Shown in pieces: positions 43,952-52,782 of a stretch of DNA of 52,782 nt. The notes under the pieces are model-generated. The model searched no databases. It saw only the letters and a list, made by a program, of their open reading frames with translations, and was not told the origin of the DNA. Location: NCBI GenBank assembly GCA_945861615.1, contig CAMAVH010000004.1:1-52782 (forward strand). The letters run 5' to 3'. The stretch comes from Rhizobium sp. Q54 (lineage in GTDB: Bacteria > Pseudomonadota > Alphaproteobacteria > SMXQ01). Position 1 is the stretch's first letter. Each line of letters opens with the position of its first letter. The position numbers were made by a program, and so were the translations under genes.

Positions 43952-45544
43952 TTAGGCGCTGACTGGGGCGCTGACGCGGGCGGCGGGACCGCCAGCCTTG
44001 ATCAGCAGCGAATGGCCGCTCATCTCGCGCGGCTGCGGCAGGCCCATGAGATCGAGCACGGTCGGCGCCACGTCGGCGAGCCGGCCGCCGTCGGCGATCC
44101 TGGCGACCTCGGGGGCGTTGACGAGCAGCAGCGGTACCAGATTTGTGGTGTGCGCGGTGTGCGGCTGGTGCGTCACCGGATCGCTCATCATCTCGGCATT
44201 GCCGTGATCGGCGGTGATGATCAACACGCCGTTCATCTTTTTCACGGCGGCGGCGAGCCGACCGACGCAGGCATCGACCGCTTCGACCGCCTTCACGGCA
44301 GCTGCGAAAATGCCGCTATGGCCGACCATGTCGGTGTTGGCGTAATTCACCAGGATGAAGTCGAACTTGTCCGATTCGACGGCGGCCACCAATTTGTCGG
44401 TGACTTCCGGCGCCGACATTTCCGGCTGCAGATCGTAGGTCGCGACCTTGGGCGAGGGGATCAGGATGCGCTCTTCGCCGGGGAATTGCTTTTCCTCGCC
44501 GCCGTTGAAGAAGAAGGTGACGTGAGCGTATTTCTCGGTCTCGGCGATGCGCAGCTGCGTCTTGCCGGCGCTCGCCAGCACTTCGCCGAGGATATGGCTC
44601 AGCGGCGTCGCCGGAAACAGCACGCCCATCAGCTTGCCGAGCGTGGAGGAATATTCGACGAGGCCGAGGGCGGCGGCGAAGCGCGGCGTCTTGGCGCGCA
44701 CGAAACCGTCGAACGCGGGATCGAGCACGGCCGAGAGAATCTCTCGCGCGCGGTCGGCGCGGAAATTGCCTATCAGAACGCCGTCGCCGTCCTGCATGCC
44801 CTGATAGCCGGGCAGGATGGTCGGCAGCATGAATTCGTCGGTCTGGCCGGCGGCGTAGGAGATGTCGATGGCGGTCTCGGCGTCGGCGGCGATCTGGCCT
44901 TCGGCGAACATCAGCGCCTTATAAGCCAGCTCGACGCGGTCCCAGCGCTTGTCGCGGTCCATGGCGTAATAGCGGCCGCTCACCGTGGAAATCGTCGCCT
45001 TACCTTGCAGGTCGGCGATGAATTTTTCCATGAAGCGCTTGGCGCTCGATGGCGGCGTGTCGCGGCCGTCGAGATAGGCGTGGATCAGCACCGGCACGCC
45101 GGCGTCGGCGACATAGCGCGCCAGCGCGGCGATCTGGTCCTGATGCGAATGGACGCCGCCGTCGGAGATCAGGCCCATGAGATGGCAGCTGCCGCCGCTC
45201 GCCTTGAGCTTGGCGACGAAATCGGCGAGCACCGGGCTGGCCTTGAGCGAGCCGTCGGCGATGGCGGCGTCGATGCGCGGCAGGTCCTGCATCACCACGC
45301 GGCCGGCACCGAGATTCATATGACCGACCTCGGAATTGCCCATCTGGCCGGTGGGCAGGCCGACGAACAGCTCGGAAGCGTTCAGCAGGCCGTGCGGCGA
45401 GCTTTCGCCGAGGGCGCGCAGATTGGGCGTGCGGGCGTTGCGGATGGCATCGTCGGCCGTCACCTGGTCGCGATAGCCCCAGCCGTCGAGGACGCAGAGC
45501 ACGACCGGGCGGCGGGGACGGGAATGGGGGGGCATTTCGTTCAT
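43952..45544 (-). CDS. gpmI: 2,3-BPG-independent phosphoglycerate mutase
   Basis: LDGWG, QMGNSEVGH, AETEKYAHVTFF, TADHGNAE; start ATG 45544 or 45535. Confidence 0.96.
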   Translation of the reverse strand: MNEMPPHSRPRRPVVLCVLDGWGYRDQVTADDAIRNARTPNLRALGESSPHGLLNASELFVGLPTGQMGNSEVGHMNLGAGRVVMQDLPRIDAAIADGSLKASPVLADFVAKLKASGGSCHLMGLISDGGVHSHQDQIAALARYVADAGVPVLIHAYLDGRDTPPSSAKRFMEKFIADLQGKATISTVSGRYYAMDRDKRWDRVELAYKALMFAEGQIAADAETAIDISYAAGQTDEFMLPTILPGYQGMQDGDGVLIGNFRADRAREILSAVLDPAFDGFVRAKTPRFAAALGLVEYSSTLGKLMGVLFPATPLSHILGEVLASAGKTQLRIAETEKYAHVTFFFNGGEEKQFPGEERILIPSPKVATYDLQPEMSAPEVTDKLVAAVESDKFDFILVNYANTDMVGHSGIFAAAVKAVEAVDACVGRLAAAVKKMNGVLIITADHGNAEMMSDPVTHQPHTAHTTNLVPLLLVNAPEVARIADGGRLADVAPTVLDLMGLPQPREMSGHSLLIKAGGPAARVSAPVSA

Positions 45545-45688
45545 CGGCAGGCCTGAGAACGCGAGAAACAGAGGGTCAACGGCCGAGCGGACCGTCCATT
45601 CCGTAATATAGGCCATGGCAGGCCGATTCGGTAGCGGTCCGCCGCGATATTTCCGTGTTTCCGCGCCGTTATTGGGCGGCGGTTCCGC

Positions 45689-46144
45689 TCATTCCCGATG
45701 ATAGGGGTGGCCGGCGAGGATTTGCTGGGCGCGGTAAAGCTGCTCGGCGAGCAGGCCGCGCACCAGCATATGGGGCCAGGTCAACGCGCCGAACGCCAGC
45801 TTGCGGTCGGCGCGGGCCAAGAGGGCTGCGCCATGGCCGTCGGCGCCGCCGATGGCGAAGGCAACGTCGGCCCCCTGGTCCTGCCATTGGCGCAGCCAGC
45901 CGGCGAGATCGGCGCTGGAGGCGGCGGTGCCATGTTCGTCGAGGGCGCAAAGCTTGGCCCCCGCGGGAATTTGCGCCAGCAGCAGGTCGGCCTCGCGCGC
46001 CTTGAGGGCGTCCGCCGCCAGCTTGCGCTTTTCTTCCACTTCGATCAGGCGCAGCGGCCAGCGCAGGCGGGCGGCGTAATGCTCGTAGAGATCGCGCTGC
46101 GGTCCGGCCTTGGCTTTGCCGACGGCGAGGATCGTGACGCGCAT
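45689..46144 (-). CDS. rlmH: 23S rRNA m3Psi1915 methyltransferase
   Basis: FAIGGADG, LTWPHML, EQLYRA, GHPYHRE. Confidence 0.95.
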   Translation of the reverse strand: MRVTILAVGKAKAGPQRDLYEHYAARLRWPLRLIEVEEKRKLAADALKAREADLLLAQIPAGAKLCALDEHGTAASSADLAGWLRQWQDQGADVAFAIGGADGHGAALLARADRKLAFGALTWPHMLVRGLLAEQLYRAQQILAGHPYHRE

Positions 46145-46156
46145 GTCCTGTCCTGT

Positions 46157-46999
46157 TTAGTGCCGGCGCTTGTTGCGCTTGCGGAAGTCCGGCTTGCCGC
46201 CGCCACCGGGATGCTGACCTTGGCGCTGGCCGCCGCTCTGCTGGCCATCGCGCTGATCGCGCTCCGCGATGCGTTCCTTGCGGTCCTTGAGCAGGCCTTC
46301 CATGCCAGTCGGGCTGTCGGCGAAGGGCTGGCTCCACATCTTTTCCAGATTATAGACCCCGCGCACTTCCGGGCGGAACAGATGCACCACCACGTCGCCG
46401 GCATCCAGCAGCACCCAATCGCCCTGGGTCATGCCCTCGGGATGCGGGATGCGTTTGCCGGTCATCTTCAGCTGCGTACGCAGGTTTTCGGCGAGCGCGG
46501 CGAGCTGGCGCTGCGAGCGGCCGGTGGCGATCACCATGTAATCGGCGATGGCCGATTTGCCGGCCATATCGACGGCGACGATGTCCTCGGCCTTGCCGTC
46601 ATCGAGCACGCGCGTGATCTGCGCCACCAGCTGCTCGACCGGCGAGAGAATTTTGGCCGGCTTTTTCGCCTTCGGCGCGGCGGGCGCTTTGGCTTTCGTC
46701 GCGACGGCTTTCGTTGCGGACGCTTTCGGCGCAACGGCCTTCTTCGGCGCGACTTTCTTCGCGGCGACGGTTTTCTTCGCCACTGCCTTCTTCGGCGCGG
46801 TGGCTTTTTTCACCTTCGGCGCAGCGATCTTCTTGGCCGCGACCTTCTTGGAGGCCGCCGTCTTCTTTGCCGTGGCGACGGCCTTCGCCAGCGCCTTCTT
46901 CAGCGGCGGCCGCTTGGAGGAGCTGTCTTTGGCGAGAAGTTTGGCCGTTTTTTTGGCGGCTTTGGCTTTGGCAGTGGGCTTGCGGGCGATGATAGTCAC
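46157..46999 (-). CDS. rsfS: Ribosome silencing factor with long Lys/Ala/Pro-rich N-terminal extension
   Basis: Core LDDGKAEDI...ADYMVIATG...WVLLDAGDVVVHLF...YNLEKMW; between nadD and rlmH; GTG start. Confidence 0.9.
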   Translation of the reverse strand: MTIIARKPTAKAKAAKKTAKLLAKDSSSKRPPLKKALAKAVATAKKTAASKKVAAKKIAAPKVKKATAPKKAVAKKTVAAKKVAPKKAVAPKASATKAVATKAKAPAAPKAKKPAKILSPVEQLVAQITRVLDDGKAEDIVAVDMAGKSAIADYMVIATGRSQRQLAALAENLRTQLKMTGKRIPHPEGMTQGDWVLLDAGDVVVHLFRPEVRGVYNLEKMWSQPFADSPTGMEGLLKDRKERIAERDQRDGQQSGGQRQGQHPGGGGKPDFRKRNKRRH

Positions 47000-47005
47000 C
47001 TTGAA

Positions 47006-47659
47006 TTAAAGAGCGGCTTTGCCGAAACGACCGGCGATACGCCGGCCTCCCTTGGCATATTGGGCACGGATGCTGGTGGCCGAGGCCGGATGGCGGCGAA
47101 TATGGAAATAGGCCCAAGCCGGCGGCGCGATCTCGGCCAGTCGGGCGGCGTTCTCGACGCCGACGCGCTTGGCGCCGTAGCGCCGCGCGGCCTTGCCCGA
47201 CAAGGCGGGGAAAACATAGGTGCCGCGGTCGAAGATCGCAACCGGCACGGCGGCGAAGATTTCGGCCCACCGTTCCCATTTTGGGATTTGCGCCAGATTG
47301 TCGGCGCCCATGATCCAGACAAAATGGGTGCGCGGATAGCGCCGCTTGAGGGCATGCAGCGTATCGGCGGTGTAGCGCGTATGCAGCCGGGTTTCGATGT
47401 CGGTGACCAGGATGCGCGGATGGCGCGCGACCTCGCGGGCCGAGGCCAGGCGCTCGGCGAAGGGCGCCATGTCGGTCTTGGATTTCAGCGGGTTCTGCGG
47501 CGAGACCATCCACCACAGCTCGTCGAGCTGCAGGTACTTGAGGGCGAGCAGGCTGATATGCCGGTGCCCCTCATGGGCCGGATTGAACGAGCCGCCGAGC
47601 AGGCCGACGCGCAGGCCCGCCAGCGCGGGGGCCGAAAGGGGCGAGGCGGGAGACTTCAT
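47006..47659 (-). CDS. nadD: Nicotinate-nucleotide adenylyltransferase
   Basis: GLLGGSFNPAHEGH, WIMGADNL, SATSIR. Confidence 0.95.
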   Translation of the reverse strand: MKSPASPLSAPALAGLRVGLLGGSFNPAHEGHRHISLLALKYLQLDELWWMVSPQNPLKSKTDMAPFAERLASAREVARHPRILVTDIETRLHTRYTADTLHALKRRYPRTHFVWIMGADNLAQIPKWERWAEIFAAVPVAIFDRGTYVFPALSGKAARRYGAKRVGVENAARLAEIAPPAWAYFHIRRHPASATSIRAQYAKGGRRIAGRFGKAAL

Positions 47660-48936
47660 CAGGGGCGTATCTGCCCTGCGCCGTGAATGACGTATTTGTA
47701 ACTGGTCAATTGTTCGACGCCGACCGGTCCGCGCGCATGCAGCTTGTCGGTGGAAATGCCGATCTCGCCGCCGAAACCGAACTCGCCGCCGTCGGCGAAT
47801 TGGGTCGAGGCATTGTGCAGCACGATGGCGCTGTCGACTTCCGCCAGGAATTTCTCGGCGACGGCGACGTCATCGGTGACGATCGATTCGGTGTGCTGCG
47901 AACCGTGATCGCGAATATGGGCGATGGCCTCGTTCACACCGTTCACCACCTTGGCGGCGATGATGGCGTCGAGAAATTCGGTATCCCAATCGGCATCGGT
48001 CGCGGGCTTCACGCCATGGTGGATTTTCTGCAGCTGCGCATCGCCGCGCACTTCGCAGCCGGCGGCGATGAGATCGTCGATGATGATCTTGCCGTGGCTG
48101 GCCAGCGCCCGCGCGTCGATCAGCAGCGTCTCGGCGGCGCCGCAGACGCCGGTGCGGCGCATCTTGGCATTCAGGACGATCTTGCGCGCCATCTCGAGAT
48201 TGGCCTCGCCATCGACATAGACGTGGCAGTTGCCTTCGAGATGCTTGATGACCGGCACCTTGCTCTCGGCGATGACGCGCTCGATCAGCGACTTGCCGCC
48301 ACGCGGCACGATGATGTCGATCAGGCCGCTGGCGGCCAGCATGGCGCCGACGGCGGCGCGGTCCGTCGTCGGGATCGATTGGATGCAGGCGTCGGGCAGG
48401 CCGGCGGCCTTCAGGCCCTCCTGTAGCGCGGCGAGAATCACCGACGACGAACGGAAGCTTTCCGAGCCGCCGCGCAGGATCACCGCATTGCCCGATTTCA
48501 GCGTCAGCGCCGCGGCGTCGGCCGTCACGTTGGGGCGCGATTCGTAGATCACGCCGATGACGCCGAGCGGCACGCGCACGCGCGAGATTTTCAGGCCGTT
48601 GGGCCGCGTCCATTCGGCGATGGTCTCGCCGACGGGGTCTTGCAGCTTGGCGATCTCGTCGAGGCCCTTGGCCATGCCTTCGACGCGCGCATCGTTCAAT
48701 TCGAGGCGGTCGAGCATCGCCGACGATAGAGCGCCGGCGGCGGCCATGTCCTCGGCGTTGGCGGCGAGGATGTCCGATTTGCGGGCGCGGATCGCGGTCG
48801 CGGCGGCGCTGAGCGCCTTGTTCTTCTGCTCCGGCGTGGCGCGCGCCAAGGCACGCGAGGCTTCGCGCGCGGCTTTACCCAAGCGCGCGATCAGCGCGGT
48901 AGGGGTCTCGGACTTGGCAGAGGCAGCGACTGTCAT
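47659..48936 (-). CDS. proA: Gamma-glutamyl phosphate reductase
   Basis: [32 protein letters not shown]. Confidence 0.97.
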   Translation of the reverse strand: MTVAASAKSETPTALIARLGKAAREASRALARATPEQKNKALSAAATAIRARKSDILAANAEDMAAAGALSSAMLDRLELNDARVEGMAKGLDEIAKLQDPVGETIAEWTRPNGLKISRVRVPLGVIGVIYESRPNVTADAAALTLKSGNAVILRGGSESFRSSSVILAALQEGLKAAGLPDACIQSIPTTDRAAVGAMLAASGLIDIIVPRGGKSLIERVIAESKVPVIKHLEGNCHVYVDGEANLEMARKIVLNAKMRRTGVCGAAETLLIDARALASHGKIIIDDLIAAGCEVRGDAQLQKIHHGVKPATDADWDTEFLDAIIAAKVVNGVNEAIAHIRDHGSQHTESIVTDDVAVAEKFLAEVDSAIVLHNASTQFADGGEFGFGGEIGISTDKLHARGPVGVEQLTSYKYVIHGAGQIRP

Positions 48937-48952
48937 GACGGGCTCGGTTGCT

Positions 48953-51261
<2,309 letters not shown>

Positions 51262-51297
51262 TCAATCCCTGCCGACAGGGAAATGGGCCGGCGGGAT

Positions 51298-51555
51298 TTA
51301 CCCGCGCGGCAGGACCGACACGTACATGCGGTCTTTTTCTTTGCGCTGGAAGGTCACCTGACCGTCGATCTTCGAGAAGATCGTGTGGTCGCGGCCCATG
51401 CCAACGTTGGCGCCGGGATGGTACTTGGTGCCGCGCTGACGGATCAGGATGTTGCCGGGAACGGCGATCTCGCCGCCGAACAGCTTGACGCCGAGGCGGC
51501 GGCCTTCGCTGTCGCGACCGTTGCGGGAACTACCGCCTGCTTTTTTGTGAGCCAT
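51298..51555 (-). CDS. rpmA: 50S ribosomal protein L27
   Basis: [16 protein letters not shown]. Confidence 0.98.
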   Translation of the reverse strand: MAHKKAGGSSRNGRDSEGRRLGVKLFGGEIAVPGNILIRQRGTKYHPGANVGMGRDHTIFSKIDGQVTFQRKEKDRMYVSVLPRG

Positions 51556-51570
51556 GCTGCGATCTCCTAA

Positions 51571-52050
51571 TTACGACTTGGCCTTGGGCGCGGCTTTCTT
51601 CGCCGCAGCCTTCTTGGCGGGAGCCTTCTTAGCCGCCGGAGCGGTCTTCTTCGCGGCGGCCTTCTTGGCCGGCGCGGCGGTTTCTTCCGTCACGGCGGGC
51701 TTCGGCGCCTTGGCCTTCTTCTCCGGACGCTTGGAAGCGTCGGCGAGGATGCCGGTGATGCGCACGACCGTCAGATCCTGACGATGGCCGTTCTTGCGGC
51801 GATAGTTCTGGCGGCGCTTCTTCTTGAAGATGATGACTTTGTCGCCGCGCGCCTGCTCGAGCACTTCGGCGGTGACGACCGCGCCGGAGACGAGGGGCTT
51901 GCCGAAGGTGGTAGCGGCGCCGTCATTGAGCGCGAGAACGTCGGTAAAATCGATGTCGTCGCCGGCCTCAACCAGCAATTTCTCGATAATAATGACGTCA
52001 TTCTCGGCGACTTTGTACTGCTTGCCGCCGGTACGGATGACCGCGAACAT
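51571..52050 (-). CDS. rplU: 50S ribosomal protein L21 with Lys/Ala-rich C-terminal tail
   Basis: [30 protein letters not shown]. Confidence 0.97.
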   Translation of the reverse strand: MFAVIRTGGKQYKVAENDVIIIEKLLVEAGDDIDFTDVLALNDGAATTFGKPLVSGAVVTAEVLEQARGDKVIIFKKKRRQNYRRKNGHRQDLTVVRITGILADASKRPEKKAKAPKPAVTEETAAPAKKAAAKKTAPAAKKAPAKKAAAKKAAPKAKS

Positions 52051-52132
52051 ATCTTAATCCTGTTCTTCCAAAGGTCTGCGCGCCCGGCCATGGGCCTGGG
52101 CGCGCCACTGGGAATTCCCGAAAAGTGGGCGA

Positions 52133-52160
52133 AATATATAGACGGTCCTCTATGAGTCAA
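52133..52160 (-). promoter_or_regulatory. Probable sigma70 promoter of rplU-rpmA
   Basis: Minus strand TTGACT-N16-TATATT; a GANTC site overlaps the -35. Confidence 0.5.
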
Positions 52161-52404
52161 CCCATTTCGGGGTGCCATGAATCGGCGAGGCCGAGGAAAA
52201 CTGGCGGAATTCCGCCATTTCCTGGCAAGAGCGCGCCCACTGGGGGCAAGGCTGCCCGCGGAGTCGATATATAGAGGTCCGAACGGCCGACCGGGCGGAT
52301 TATCCTAGTATAAACTCCCGGTCGCCGCTGGCCCGCTCAAACCGCCACGGAATCCGGCCTGTCCTGGCCGGCGGCCTCGGTCCGCGAGGGTGGCCGCGCG
52401 GGGT

Positions 52405-52433
52405 TTGCATCACCGGAAGAGATTGGGTAGTGT
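52405..52433 (+). promoter_or_regulatory. Probable sigma70 promoter of tRNA-Ser
   Basis: TTGCAT-N17-TAGTGT followed by GC-rich discriminator CCGCGCC. Confidence 0.55.
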
Positions 52434-52549
52434 CCGCGCCCTTGATCACCCTCGGCCTGCGATTGGGCCGATGGGCCGGGTCCGGTTCGCTACGGCGAGC
52501 CCGCGACGGACCCGTTCTCGCGCTGCCGGTTCCCGGCGGCGATCCCTGC

Positions 52550-52639
52550 GGAGGGGTGCCAGAGTGGTCGATCGGGACGGTCTCGAAAACCGTTGTGCCT
52601 TCACGGGTACCGTGGGTTCGAATCCCACCCCCTCCGCCA
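52550..52639 (+). tRNA. tRNA-Ser(CGA)
   Basis: GGAGGGG/CCCCTCC acceptor stem, G discriminator, encoded CCA; ACGGT-CT-CGA-AA-ACCGT anticodon arm; long variable arm; GTTCGAATC T-loop. Confidence 0.97.
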
Positions 52640-52782
52640 TTCCTTTTCTCTTTAATATCAATCGTGAGACGCATTTTCTCGGTGCCGCAAGCGCGCGGAA
52701 GGGCCGTTCCGCAATCCAGGTCGGCCGCGGACATGCAGCCCGTCCCGCGATGCTGGATTTGGAACGCGCCGGCCGCACTCAG

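Noticed and set aside
52640-52782. Genomic island integrated at tRNA-Ser
   Set aside because: Only ~140 nt are visible after the tRNA; a short AT-rich patch is present but no integrase or duplicated tRNA 3' end within the window.

Overview
High-GC alphaproteobacterial chromosomal segment (Rhodospirillales-like gene order). Most of the window is housekeeping: asd; sdhCDAB; zapE; nadA, nadC; mdh; sucCD-sucAB-lpdA; xerC/DUF484/transaldolase; priA; atpHAGDC; rppH; a divergent polysaccharide deacetylase-ctpA-envC-gpmI block; rlmH-rsfS-nadD-proAB-obgE-rpmA-rplU; and tRNA-Ser(CGA). The unexplained signals are mostly non-coding. (1) A ~690-nt minus-strand region (7235-7927) folds like a large ornate ncRNA: five GNRA tetraloops and G.U pairs all on the minus strand, a 13-nt end-closing helix, a promoter-like element whose predicted start matches that helix, and a terminal stem. 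(2) A consensus sigma54 promoter (6210-6226) drives a probable ~185-nt three-hairpin sRNA with an anti-Shine-Dalgarno-like loop. (3) A 27-aa ORF with 16 Lys (18359-18442), missing from the ORF track, is followed by a strongly structured ~190-nt RNA upstream of sucC. (4) Seven GANTC (CcrM) sites cluster in ~190 bp upstream of mdh. (5) A PstS-like binding protein plus PleC/DivJ-type kinase cassette is bracketed by two nearly identical terminators. RNA structures were derived by eye; none has been tested by folding software or database search.
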